From the IMG/VR virus record IMGVR_UViG_3300020579_000009, positions 14,748 to 78,747 of that record: a stretch of DNA of 64,000 bases; one strand, written 5' to 3'. Positions 27,236 to 36,538 of the stretch are shown piece after piece. The position numbers were made by a program, and so were the translations under genes. Origin of the DNA: a virus. Numbering within the stretch: the stretch's first letter is position 1; every line of letters starts with the position of its first letter. The notes beneath the pieces are model-generated. The model worked only from the letters and a program-made list of their open reading frames with translations, did no database searches and was not told where the DNA came from.

Positions 27236-27778
27236 ATGCGACTGTATTTTATTCGCCGGGACATGGAAATTAGCGATGCTTTGCCGCTAGATATGCCCTA
27301 TTTGCGAAAACTCCAGAAGGAAGAATCTTTCGCGCTTGGCTGGATTCCTGAGCAAATCTTTGACAGGGTTTGGGCTGGAACTTTCACGGGATGGATTTTG
27401 CTTTGCCGCGTGAATGGCGACCCTGTGGGTTTTTGTTTTTGCGCTCCGGGCTATAAAGCCCCTTTTTATGGAAGAATCTATCAACTCGCGGTGCAAGCCG
27501 ATGCGCGGCGCTATGACTATGGAACATTCCTTGCCGACACAGCGCATTCGCTTATTTCGGAATCAGGCTCGCAGGGAACAACGCTGCGATGCGCCCATGA
27601 TTTGCCGTCGAACTTCTTTTGGGATGCTCTGGGGTGGAAGCTGCTAGGGATTATTCCCGAAGGTTCCAGCGTGGGGGACTCGCCGCGCAAGACAAAGCGA
27701 GCCTTGCACAAGCGATTGAAAGTAGGCACGTCGCTATTCCCGTTGGTCGGCCTTGAACGTGAACTGGCTCGCAGCTAG
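27236..27778 (+). CDS. GNAT-family acetyltransferase
   Basis: QLAVQADARRYDYGT (motif A), LPSNFFWDALGW (motif B). Confidence 0.75.
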   Translation: MRLYFIRRDMEISDALPLDMPYLRKLQKEESFALGWIPEQIFDRVWAGTFTGWILLCRVNGDPVGFCFCAPGYKAPFYGRIYQLAVQADARRYDYGTFLADTAHSLISESGSQGTTLRCAHDLPSNFFWDALGWKLLGIIPEGSSVGDSPRKTKRALHKRLKVGTSLFPLVGLERELARS

Positions 27779-27919
27779 GGGGCGCGGATTTTGCTTGCAA
27801 AGGGAGCGAAAAAAGCTCTTGTAGAGAAAGGAGTTTTGCTCTTGCGCGGCCCCCGGAGCGGTGAGGGGGGAGCCAGCGTTTCGCTATTTCTTCTACCGTA
27901 AAATAGTTTGAGAATTAGC

Positions 27920-27948
27920 TTGACAAACCTAACGCTAGGTTGTAGGAT
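27920..27948 (+). promoter_or_regulatory. Near-consensus promoter with palindromic operator in the spacer
   Basis: TTGACA-17nt-TAGGAT; spacer contains AACCTA-ACGC-TAGGTT. Confidence 0.7.
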
Positions 27949-28078
27949 GGGGTTAGAAAGTGAGGCACGCCATGACATACGAAACGCCATTCGGAACCTT
28001 CAACACCTGGGAAGAAGCTGCTATAGCTTGCGAGCGCTGTGACATGGACCCTGTTACCTGCATCAAGATGGTGCGGCC

Positions 28079-28366
28079 ATGAACCAATGCGGCTTTCGAG
28101 GACTTGGCCATTACTGCACACTCGGCAAGGTGCAGTTTATTTCTCGCTATCAGGAGACGAACGATTACTGCGTTGACGGGCGGCGCGTTTCTGTGACTGA
28201 TGCTGGCGACGTTCACCATGACGAAGAAGGCGATATTGCTCGCATCTACGCATTTGAGCTTTCTAAGCATCAAGAGTATCTACGCTGGCATTCTGAGAAT
28301 GTCTCTTGGCTGAAGAATAAGCCATTCAAATTCAGTGCGGGAATCTGCAAGGCGTTCGCGGCATGA
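28079..28366 (+). CDS. Hypothetical protein
   Basis: ATGA-coupled ORF. Confidence 0.5.
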   Translation: MNQCGFRGLGHYCTLGKVQFISRYQETNDYCVDGRRVSVTDAGDVHHDEEGDIARIYAFELSKHQEYLRWHSENVSWLKNKPFKFSAGICKAFAA

Positions 28367-28608
28367 GACGCAGGGGCACGCATCCTTTGAGCGGCAAGAA
28401 ATATGCCGCTATGTTGGCGAAAATAAGTGAACCTAGATTTGTTGCTGAAGGGGCTTGCGGCGGTGAATATGCCGTCGTGTGGGACAGAAAGCGCCAGCGA
28501 ATCGTATTTCCTTATCTGCGCACTGGCGTAAGCCTATCGGACGACCAAATTAGAGCCATTGCAGAAGAATTGAATGGTTTAATGGGAGACGCCAATGAGC
28601 GGCTCTGA
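28363..28608 (+). CDS. Hypothetical protein
   Basis: ATGA-coupled ORF. Confidence 0.5.
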   Translation: MRRRGTHPLSGKKYAAMLAKISEPRFVAEGACGGEYAVVWDRKRQRIVFPYLRTGVSLSDDQIRAIAEELNGLMGDANERL

Positions 28609-29059
28609 CAAAGTTTATATCCCTGAGTGGATGCCGGAGCGCCGCCAGGACTTCATGGTGACTTGCGATGAAGTACCCACTCCTCATTCCTATGCCATTT
28701 GCTGTTGCACGGCGAACCACAAAAATCCCAATCCAGTGCCATCGTGGACTTCGCATGACCCATTGACCAGATGGGCAGACAGTATCGTATATGCGTTTTC
28801 GACCGGACAGTATGGAGATTTGCACGTTGATGAGAACTTCGCCAAGGCAGTATTGGATGTGAAGAATCGCATCAAGGCATCCCAAGCGACGAAGCAATTA
28901 AAGCAGTGCCATACCTTGGCTTGCAGATGCGGGAAGAAAATTGAAATTGAGACGTTCGGTTGGGGACCGGGAGAGCATGGCGAATCTTGGATGTGTCCTG
29001 ACTGCAAGAAGCGATACATGGAGTTATGCGAAAGGCAAATTGATGAATCAGGAACATAG
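28595..29059 (+). CDS. Cys-rich hypothetical protein
   Basis: SD GGGAG; C-terminal CRC...CPDC. Confidence 0.55.
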   Translation: MSGSDKVYIPEWMPERRQDFMVTCDEVPTPHSYAICCCTANHKNPNPVPSWTSHDPLTRWADSIVYAFSTGQYGDLHVDENFAKAVLDVKNRIKASQATKQLKQCHTLACRCGKKIEIETFGWGPGEHGESWMCPDCKKRYMELCERQIDESGT

Positions 29060-29150
29060 CGAGAATCATTACAACTGTAATGCTTGCGTGGCGTTTAACG
29101 TTTATTGGATTAGTGGACAAGGAAAGATGGTCAATTTGAGGCAGCGTTAC

Positions 29151-29285
29151 ATGAGCGATACACCTAAGAATCCCGCCGCAGTAGCTCTCGGCAGCATAAA
29201 GAGCAAGAAAAAAGCTAAGTCCTCGCGCAAGAACGGCAAGCTAGGCGGCAGGCCAAAGAAAGTAGTTGACAAGGCGGCGCAATGA
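29151..29285 (+). CDS. Small basic protein (NGKLGGRP type)
   Basis: KNPAAVALGSIKSKKKAKSSRKNGKLGGRPKK. Confidence 0.6.
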   Translation: MSDTPKNPAAVALGSIKSKKKAKSSRKNGKLGGRPKKVVDKAAQ

Positions 29286-29493
29286 TTTACAATTTCCGCA
29301 GATATCTGTGGTCGGGCTTGTGGCGTACCCCACTTTGCCGTGAGCCGTTGCAAGCCCACCACGCATATCTGGAAAGACTCACGGCAAATGTCCTCAAAAT
29401 TGACCACGTACTTTGTGACCATCACGAGAGAGTCATTCGCCGCGCTGTGAAGCGATTTTGCTTGACATTCGATAGCGTTATACTGTAACTTCC

Positions 29494-30237
29494 ATGCTCA
29501 TGGCGAACACAAAAGTAGGACTTGCGTACCGCAGCACTCGGCGGAATTGGGTAAAACTGTGGACGCATGAATGGTTGCGCGGCACTTCGCGGTTTGAGTT
29601 GAATCCAGCGCAGCGGAGCGCGTTTGTGGACTTACTGGCGATGGCCGGAGACTCAAAAGTACCGGGGAAGGTCTGCGCTGGAATTGATGTTGATGGGTCG
29701 ATTCTCGGCTTTCCGCTGGATTACATTGCTGGCGTTCTGACGATGGATAAGCCGTATCTCAGGGACACGCTATTCCTTCTTGAAAAGCAGGGAAGAATTG
29801 AGACTTCACTGGACGCCAGAGGTAACTCGATTATCACTCTCACAAGCTGGGTGAAATATCAGTCGGAGTATCATCGCCAGAAAAGTTACAGGTCAAACTC
29901 CGATGAGGTGACAGGCAAAGTTACAAGTGAAACTCCTGCGAAGTTACCAGTAGAGGGAGAAGTAGAGGTAGATGGAGAAATAGAAGAAGAAACATCTTTT
30001 GGTGTGTTTTGGGATTTGTATCCTCGCAAAGTCGGAAAGGCAAAGGCAACTGTCCTGTGGAAGAAACTAAGCTCTAGACCGGAGCTTCAAAAGAACGCCT
30101 TGCATGGGCTGAAACTTTGGAAACAATCCGAGCAATGGAACCGCGACGACGGAAAGTACATCCCGTACTGTTCTACTTTTCTGGCGCGAGAGCAATGGGC
30201 CGATGAGCCGTGGACTGGAGCTTTTGAAGGGCGCTAG
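29494..30237 (+). CDS. Replication initiator / replisome-organizer-like protein
   Basis: N-terminal WVKLW wHTH with I.LTSWVKYQ, acidic linker, C-terminal FWDLYPRKVGK..YIPY.STFL; upstream TTGACA promoter at 29462. Confidence 0.75.
   Translation: MLMANTKVGLAYRSTRRNWVKLWTHEWLRGTSRFELNPAQRSAFVDLLAMAGDSKVPGKVCAGIDVDGSILGFPLDYIAGVLTMDKPYLRDTLFLLEKQGRIETSLDARGNSIITLTSWVKYQSEYHRQKSYRSNSDEVTGKVTSETPAKLPVEGEVEVDGEIEEETSFGVFWDLYPRKVGKAKATVLWKKLSSRPELQKNALHGLKLWKQSEQWNRDDGKYIPYCSTFLAREQWADEPWTGAFEGR
29883..29951 (+). repeat. Iteron-like direct repeats inside the initiator gene
   Basis: AAGTTACAGGTCAAACTCC (29883), AAGTTACAAGTGAAACTCC (29918), partial AAGTTACCAGT (29941). Confidence 0.55.
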
Positions 30238-30345
30238 GCGCTGCGGGAAGGTTGGCGCGGCGCGGGCCAGAAGTGAGGTGAGCGCAGATTTAGCTTGTAA
30301 CGGGCCAAGCATGTAAGTACGATTCGCGCAGCAAAGGAGAAAAGC

Positions 30346-30789
30346 ATGAGACCTAGAAGGGCATTTCCGACCATCGCTTTGCTGATTCCGCTGATGCTGC
30401 TGACGCAGGCTTACGCTTGCACGGGTGGCGTGGTTCACAAAGTCACCGTGGCGCAGCACGACTTCCGCATCGCGGTACAGGCGTTTCAGGACACGGAGAT
30501 TGCGCTCTACAACCAGGGCGGAGTTATCTCACCGGACACGCACCGGGAGATTCAGGAATACATCGGCAAAGTGGCGCTGGCGGGCGTAGACCTAGACCAA
30601 GCCTTAGCCTCAAACGCTCCCACTTCGACGCTCAAGACCAAGCTCGACAGCATCATGGCCTTACTTGACCAGCTCAATACGCAAGGGCTTCTGGGAGTGA
30701 AGAGCCAGAACGCCAAACTTGCGCTGACCTCTGCTCTGCTTGCCATAAAGGGCATTGTCGCTGGCGCGGAAGCGTGGGTGACGCAATGA
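30346..30789 (+). CDS. Putative lipoprotein (possibly lysis-related)
   Basis: Signal peptide ending AYAC; helical body; SD AAGGAG. Confidence 0.55.
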   Translation: MRPRRAFPTIALLIPLMLLTQAYACTGGVVHKVTVAQHDFRIAVQAFQDTEIALYNQGGVISPDTHREIQEYIGKVALAGVDLDQALASNAPTSTLKTKLDSIMALLDQLNTQGLLGVKSQNAKLALTSALLAIKGIVAGAEAWVTQ

Positions 30790-30995
30790 ATCCTTTGCTC
30801 ATAGTCCAGATTCTCCAAGCCCTGCTCGCGGCTGAGCCTACGGTAGTCCAAGCAATTCATAACCTGCTCTCCGGCACGGGCACCGCCGATGATTTGGCCG
30901 TCCTCGGCGCGGACAAGATTGCTTGGCAAGCCATCGCAGACAAGGCAGCGGCGGAAGTGGCAAAGATACCGCCGACTACCACCAAGATTCCGTGA
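30786..30995 (+). CDS. Small amphipathic protein
   Basis: ATGA-coupled to the lipoprotein gene. Confidence 0.55.
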   Translation: MNPLLIVQILQALLAAEPTVVQAIHNLLSGTGTADDLAVLGADKIAWQAIADKAAAEVAKIPPTTTKIP

Positions 30996-30998
30996 GTT

Positions 30999-31170
30999 TC
31001 GCGCTAAGGGGCTTGGCGCGATAGGACGGCTCCCCACCTTCCCCAAGAGGCTAACTAGGGCCGTCCGACTTTTGCGCTCGACACGATGGGCGCTGGAAAG
31101 GTGAGCGTTACCACGACATGCCCAAGGGAGCGGAACGTTTCAATGGCTTTGAACCCGCCGCTCCCTGGGC
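30999..31170 (+). ncRNA. Candidate structured RNA element (four consecutive hairpins)
   Basis: Stems 30999-31021, 31024-31066, 31074-31093, 31120-31170. Confidence 0.4.
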
Positions 31171-31188
31171 CTCCTAAAAGGAAAACTT

Positions 31189-31443
31189 ATGAAACGCAGA
31201 GCGGAAGAAGCGGAAGTCATAGTACGGCTGGACTATCTGGACAAGCAGGCGCATATCTGCGTAGGCTCTTGGCCGCGCATGGCAGCCAAAATGAAGAAGA
31301 TGTACGGAGAGAGCATGGACAAGGGCGTTCGCAACCAGTCCCAGCGATGGCTGATTCCGCTCCGGTGTATCAGTTTCCGTTCCTTGAAGCCCACCACAAG
31401 GCCTAACGTCGTTCAACCACGCCGTTCAGCAACGCATTCCTGA
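31189..31443 (+). CDS. Hypothetical protein
   Basis: SD AAAGGA. Confidence 0.55.
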   Translation: MKRRAEEAEVIVRLDYLDKQAHICVGSWPRMAAKMKKMYGESMDKGVRNQSQRWLIPLRCISFRSLKPTTRPNVVQPRRSATHS

Positions 31444-31452
31444 GATTATCTC

Positions 31453-31932
31453 GTGGAACTGGTACTCCAACGCCTGACGCTGACGCCAAACTCCACCGAA
31501 GGGGAACTTCGGGGCGGGGGCAAGGTTTGGGACACGCTGGAGCTGCCTGTGAAAGACGGTCTACCCGGTTCCGCCATTCCACCGGGGAAGTTTTTAGTGG
31601 TGCTTAGTCAGTCGCCTAAATTTAGCCGCAGTACGGATTCTTGGGTGATGCAATACGCGATGGAGATTCCGCATGTGCTTGGGATTCCGAGCAGGTCAAA
31701 TATCCTCATCCATTGGGGCAATTCCGCCGTAGACACGGAGGGCTGCGTCCTCGTGGGCGACACGGCGGCACAGGACTACATTGGGCAGAGCCGGAAAGCC
31801 TTTTCTGAACTTTGGGCGCTTCTCAAGGCAGCAAAAGACGCAGGCGAAGCTATCAGCCTGACCGTGCAAGGCGGGATACCGCAAACGCCTAATACCTCTG
31901 GCGACGTAGCCGATGCTCTGGCGAGCGACTGA
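31453..31932 (+). CDS. DUF5675 family protein (possible cell-wall enzyme)
   Basis: STEGEL...TLELP...AIPPG...ILIHWGN...DTEGCVLVG...S.KAF. Confidence 0.8.
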   Translation: MELVLQRLTLTPNSTEGELRGGGKVWDTLELPVKDGLPGSAIPPGKFLVVLSQSPKFSRSTDSWVMQYAMEIPHVLGIPSRSNILIHWGNSAVDTEGCVLVGDTAAQDYIGQSRKAFSELWALLKAAKDAGEAISLTVQGGIPQTPNTSGDVADALASD

Positions 31933-31968
31933 TGCCAGTGGAATGGGTATTCGCGGGGCTAGGCGTGG

Positions 31969-32346
31969 CTATGCTGCTTCTGCTGGCCTACCTGCTCGAC
32001 CGCGCGAGAAGGCGCTAGGCTGTGGACGGTACATCGTCCCCTTCTGCCCAGCGTCTCTAAGATTGTCCGCTTGAGTTCCAAGGAAAAGATGATTCGGATT
32101 CACGCATTGCCGAATATCGCAATGATGAAGAACCTGTTGGCCTGTCGGGATATCTCCACGATGAATCATCCAAGAGAATTTGTGAGCATAGATATTCCCC
32201 TTGCCCACAATTAGATGACCGTATCCTTTGGCACTTTTAGAGCCAATCCAAAACCAACAGGAATCCGTCTTGTAGACCTTCTGCCAGAAACGCTCTTCCG
32301 CAGTGCCGCGAAAACCTGTTTTCGGGCCGGGTTTCATGCAACGCAT
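31969..32346 (-). CDS. HNH (HNH_3-type) endonuclease
   Basis: ERFWQKV..CWFW..GYG..AH..VLHHCD..CVNPNHLFLGT..DN. Confidence 0.85.
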   Translation of the reverse strand: MRCMKPGPKTGFRGTAEERFWQKVYKTDSCWFWIGSKSAKGYGHLIVGKGNIYAHKFSWMIHRGDIPTGQQVLHHCDIRQCVNPNHLFLGTQADNLRDAGQKGTMYRPQPSAFSRGRAGRPAEAA

Positions 32347-32369
32347 TTTAGCACAGTTCTCGCTGCTTT

Positions 32370-32888
32370 TTACGCAGGCGGAGCTGTGACTTGGCTGAGC
32401 GAGAAGTCCGTGACCTGAACAGGCGCGGCAGCCAGAATCGGCACATTGAACACATGGCTGATAGCCGTTCCAGCCCCATTCACGCCGGAGATGGTCAGGT
32501 TATAGGAAGCTCCGGTGTCGGTAGCTGCCACGGACGCCGTGAACTGGAGCGTCTTGGGGTCTACCGGGCCGAGCGTTACGAGCGTGTCATCCACGGTAAC
32601 GACCGGGCCAGAGGTAAGTGGTACAAAGTTCGTTGCCGGGACAAGCCCGATAACGAAGGTGCTAGTGGTTCCTTGCTGAGTTCCCTGAATAGCCATGTTT
32701 CCTCCTGAGATTTGAAACAACTGAAAATCCGTTACTTCATCTTGCGGCGGAATCAGTACTGCTAAAAGCTGGTCAATCTTGGCGCTCTGGTCGGCAACAG
32801 CGGCCTCGATGGAGTTCAGGCGGTCATTGGCCTCATTCAGCGCCTGCTCGATCTCCCGGAGTTCCCGGTACTCCCGCCATTCGGTCAT
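32370..32888 (-). CDS. Coiled-coil plus beta-sandwich hypothetical protein
   Basis: Last long ORF of the module B late operon. Confidence 0.6.
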   Translation of the reverse strand: MTEWREYRELREIEQALNEANDRLNSIEAAVADQSAKIDQLLAVLIPPQDEVTDFQLFQISGGNMAIQGTQQGTTSTFVIGLVPATNFVPLTSGPVVTVDDTLVTLGPVDPKTLQFTASVAATDTGASYNLTISGVNGAGTAISHVFNVPILAAAPVQVTDFSLSQVTAPPA

Positions 32889-33049
32889 CGGACTATCGAA
32901 AGAGCGTGTCCGCCTGCCACTTCAAGCAGGAAGCACAGAAGTCCGGCGAAGTAGCTGATACGCCCGATTTCCTGCAACTTGGGATTGGCGCTGAGCGCAT
33001 ACATGAGAACGCCGACGAGCGCGACCAATAAGCTGAGATAGATAATCAT
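32885..33049 (-). CDS. Small two-TM protein (54 aa, not in ORF track)
   Basis: MIIYLSLLVALVGVLMYAL...ISYFAGLLCFLL; SD GGAGG. Confidence 0.55.
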   Translation of the reverse strand: MIIYLSLLVALVGVLMYALSANPKLQEIGRISYFAGLLCFLLEVAGGHALSIVR

Positions 33050-33061
33050 GGATTCATCCTC

Positions 33062-33406
33062 CTATGGTTTGGGCGGTGGTGCTGCTTCTTTCTGAACAGA
33101 AGCCTGCGCATCGGCAATGGCCGCACTCGCTTGCTTTGTGGCCGTGGCAGCAGTTTGCATGGAATCGGCAATCGGTGTGGTCTTTCCGCTGTTGGCCCAT
33201 TGCTGCCAGAAACGCGCTTCACTGACTACCACTACCAGCCCGGTAGCGACGAGTACATGCCGGAACCAAGGCCAGCTAAACAGTGCCTGTGGGATGTCCA
33301 CAAGATTGGCAAGAATGACGCCCGTAGCGGCGCTAACCGCCGATTTGATGGAGCCAATTACGAGGTCGCTCTGCTTGACATTCATTGCTTTCCTCGTTTC
33401 TCCCAC
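33062..33406 (-). CDS. Holin-like two-TM protein
   Basis: Two hydrophobic helices near the end of the late operon. Confidence 0.45.
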   Translation of the reverse strand: MGETRKAMNVKQSDLVIGSIKSAVSAATGVILANLVDIPQALFSWPWFRHVLVATGLVVVVSEARFWQQWANSGKTTPIADSMQTAATATKQASAAIADAQASVQKEAAPPPKP

Positions 33407-33436
33407 TTCGGATATTTCTTCATTTGCTCTTTTATC

Positions 33437-34072
33437 TCAGCCACGCATCCCGCGCAAGGAGAAAGAACGCCTTCCTTCATGACTTCCTGCCCCTTGGGGA
33501 TGTCCTTGCCGCACTTCGGGCATTTCATGCGCCAGTCCTCCTACGATGAGAAACGCCACGATTCCGAGCATCGGCGGTACGCTCCAGTTGTACGGCAGCC
33601 AGGATTCCAGATGCAGGATAAAGCCCATCCGGAAGAATGCTTGGGACAGCCAGAGCAGAGCCAGCACCAGCGACACCGCGCCATTCCTGACGTAAGGCGC
33701 TCGCCCGCCGATGCACAAGGCCCCCCAGAGCAGAATTCCGGCTTCTACAAGTTGCACCCACTCGTAGACCTTTGCAGGATGTCCCAGCGAGACGTAGGCC
33801 ATGCGTGCAACCGTCATAGCAAGAACCGAGGCAAACCCAGCCGACCTGTAACTCAGTCCCTCACTGGCAATCCACACCACGCAGGTTAGAATAAAACCTG
33901 TCATTACGGCATAAGCGGTTAGATATTCCAGCGACGTATCGCCGGAGAGCCGCTCGACGCCCCAGATAACCGGGACGTAGGCTGCCTGAACGCAGAAGTA
34001 AGCGAAGAGGCTCGCCTGGTGCCGCGTGCGCCGGCCAGCAAAGAGAACAGCAGCAAGAACCAGTACCGCCAT
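33437..34072 (-). CDS. Multi-pass membrane protein
   Basis: About 6-7 hydrophobic segments. Confidence 0.6.
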   Translation of the reverse strand: MAVLVLAAVLFAGRRTRHQASLFAYFCVQAAYVPVIWGVERLSGDTSLEYLTAYAVMTGFILTCVVWIASEGLSYRSAGFASVLAMTVARMAYVSLGHPAKVYEWVQLVEAGILLWGALCIGGRAPYVRNGAVSLVLALLWLSQAFFRMGFILHLESWLPYNWSVPPMLGIVAFLIVGGLAHEMPEVRQGHPQGAGSHEGRRSFSLRGMRG

Positions 34073-34232
34073 TAGCTCTCAACTTGGCCTGTAGCCTGCT
34101 TAATCTTCACAGTGACCGCGCCTTCTGGTTTCATCACCGTCACTGTGATTACTCCGCCTGTGACTGCCAGTTTCACGTTCTCATAGAGCACTACAACCCC
34201 ACCGGGGTGCGGCCCTCCTCCGGTTCCCATAA

Positions 34233-34454
34233 TCAGTCCTCCTGACGTTTCCAGTGTTTGCCGTTCAAAATGCCCTGGATGTACTTGATTTGCCCCCGCA
34301 GCACCACTACATCCCTGCGAAGCTCTTCGATGTCGTCACGCGGTTCCTGCTCCTGAAGTTTCCATCTGAATAGATACCGCGCTAGGGCAAAGTTGCAAAC
34401 CAATGAGAATGCTGTGCCTGCGAAAATCAAACCAATCTGTTGCCAGAAGGTCAT
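34233..34454 (-). CDS. Single-TM coiled-coil protein
   Basis: SD GAGGA; TM plus coil. Confidence 0.55.
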   Translation of the reverse strand: MTFWQQIGLIFAGTAFSLVCNFALARYLFRWKLQEQEPRDDIEELRRDVVVLRGQIKYIQGILNGKHWKRQED

Positions 34455-34460
34455 GGTTCC

Positions 34461-34964
34461 TCATTTCCCTGTCAACAAACGGCTTACCAAGTTTGCCACA
34501 AAGATTCCTATCACGACGATGATTCCGATGACCCACTGATTCTGCTGTCGCCCCTCCACCCGCTGCCCGCTTGCTCCCACGCCCTGATACTGGTTCTGCT
34601 CCAAGGCGGCAATGCGTTTGTCCTGGGCCTGTGCTTGTGCGCCCTGCTTTTCGAGCGCCAGCGCGACGTTGTTGGTATTGGCAACCAGTAAGGCATCGAT
34701 GCGCCCTGCCTCTGCTCTCTTCGCCTCTCCATCGGCTATCCGGCGTTCAGCAAAGAGCTTTTCCGTGAAGCGTTCCGCCTGTTCCCTCAAATCATCTTGC
34801 CGCTTCTGGGCAGCTACGGCCATTTCGTTATGGTGCCGCCTCTCCATCTCCACCAGTTCCTTGACGTTGGCGGTAGGGTCGATAAGCGGAATCTGTGGAG
34901 TCTTCTCTTTCAGGGCATCCAGCCGCAGCAGAATCTCCCGATATTCGCTGAGCTGCTCCGTCAT
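34461..34964 (-). CDS. Coiled-coil protein with C-terminal TM (lysis-accessory-like)
   Basis: KRIAALE coil then WVIGIIVVIGIFV. Confidence 0.6.
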   Translation of the reverse strand: MTEQLSEYREILLRLDALKEKTPQIPLIDPTANVKELVEMERRHHNEMAVAAQKRQDDLREQAERFTEKLFAERRIADGEAKRAEAGRIDALLVANTNNVALALEKQGAQAQAQDKRIAALEQNQYQGVGASGQRVEGRQQNQWVIGIIVVIGIFVANLVSRLLTGK

Positions 34965-35197
34965 TCAAGAATCCCCATTCGGAATCCATTGGCTACCGCT
35001 TCCGCTGCGTTGCTGGCTCCGAGTTTCCAGCACAGGCGATGCACCAAATCCCTCACCGAAGCAATGCTGACATGCAGGAGCGAGGCAATTTCCTTGCGCG
35101 TCATGCCCTTGCTCAGCAGGTTCAGCACTTCTCCCTCGCGTTCAGTGACCCTGACCTTGACGGAAACTTCCGCCGTAAGATTCACTGGCAGCGCCAT
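34961..35197 (-). CDS. Stand-alone LuxR-type HTH regulator
   Basis: VTEREGEVLNLLSKGMTRKEIASLL.VS..SV...KLGASN. Confidence 0.8.
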   Translation of the reverse strand: MALPVNLTAEVSVKVRVTEREGEVLNLLSKGMTRKEIASLLHVSIASVRDLVHRLCWKLGASNAAEAVANGFRMGILE

Positions 35198-35582
35198 GCG
35201 ATGCGTTCTCCGGGCTTCCCCTGAAGCTCCACCCACTCTCTGCTTACAGAGCGAATCTGAATAGGCTTGTCCGCTGAACAGGCAGGAAACTTCTTGAAGA
35301 ATTTGTGAAAGCCCACAACCACCGTACCGCCTTGCGGGATATGCACGACCCCGCTCTCAACGTGCAAAAAGGGCCAGGAGAGCAGAGCGATAAGAGACCA
35401 TGTAGCGGTTCCATTTCGTCCGGTGTTCCTGTTTCCATAGCGCATCTTTACATCTCCGGCTGCAAAACTTTACAGGGCCACCATAACGGCGCATGAAGGG
35501 CTTCGCACAGTTGTTGCAGTACCCAATGCTGAACTTCCGGCACCGGCACTTGCGCCTTCGGCACCTGCTACACTGCCCCGCA

Positions 35583-36500
35583 TCAATTGAGCACGCCTTG
35601 ATTGGTTCCTGATGCGGTGACACAAATAGGCACGCTCCCCGGTATGGGATTCCCATTGATGGGGTCTATCGGCAACGCGCAACTCAGCATGAGCACGAAG
35701 CCAGAGATGCCGTGAAGATTAGCAAGGAACGACCCCGGAAACGGCATGATGCTGCCCTGATTGATGAGCTTTGCTAAGCCGTCATAGTTGTAGACGTTCA
35801 GCGAAACGATGTCGGAAAGAGCGAGAGCCACGGTTCCTGAGATGTTTCCGCTGGCATCCGGCGTGACGTTGGCGACTTGCTGCGATGCTCCGCTGGATAA
35901 CTGGTAGATGCCTATGGTTCCTGTAGCTGGAGCGCCGTTAATCAACACCTGCCCGGAGAAGCTGAAGTTGACGGTTTGCGGTGGAGTGGTGGGCTTGGCG
36001 GTCAGCGTGACGTTATCGAAGTCCAGTTGCGACGGCCCGGTAGACGTGATAAGCACTCCCAGATTCCCCGTGGGTTGCGAGGCTCCTACGGGACAAGGAA
36101 GCGTCACCGTAATCCATGCTCCCAAGGGAATCGTGGAACTATCGCCGCTCGTAGCGCAGAATGAAGCCCCGGCATCGGTCAGGGCAATCTCATAGGCGCT
36201 GGAATGGCCGTCATTTCTGTGGCCGATGGAGAGAGTCAGCGTGTAGGTCGTGTTGATGCGCGGAGCCACGCCGAAATCCTGCGAGCAGGTTCCCCCGTTC
36301 ATCCAAGCTATGGAGGCTCCATCCGGCAAAGTAGCGAAGTAGCCTACGGGCTTCCATGTGGCGCAGTTCCCTTTCCATCCGGTAGGAGCCGTTCCGTTCC
36401 AGGTGCCAGCGGCAATGGTGTTGCTTTCAAAGCTGCCGTTGGTCACGCTCTGCGCTGCCGCCAGCCCCGGCAAGAGAAGCAAGAGAAGGATTAGTCTCAC
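35583..36500 (-). CDS. Secreted protein with CBM-like jelly-roll domain
   Basis: GTG start at 36500: RLILLLLLLPGLAAA|QSV; NGSFE...FDNVTL. Confidence 0.65.
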   Translation of the reverse strand: MRLILLLLLLPGLAAAQSVTNGSFESNTIAAGTWNGTAPTGWKGNCATWKPVGYFATLPDGASIAWMNGGTCSQDFGVAPRINTTYTLTLSIGHRNDGHSSAYEIALTDAGASFCATSGDSSTIPLGAWITVTLPCPVGASQPTGNLGVLITSTGPSQLDFDNVTLTAKPTTPPQTVNFSFSGQVLINGAPATGTIGIYQLSSGASQQVANVTPDASGNISGTVALALSDIVSLNVYNYDGLAKLINQGSIMPFPGSFLANLHGISGFVLMLSCALPIDPINGNPIPGSVPICVTASGTNQGVLN

Positions 36501-36538
36501 GATTCCACCGTCACATTGAACACCGTAGATTCGAGATA

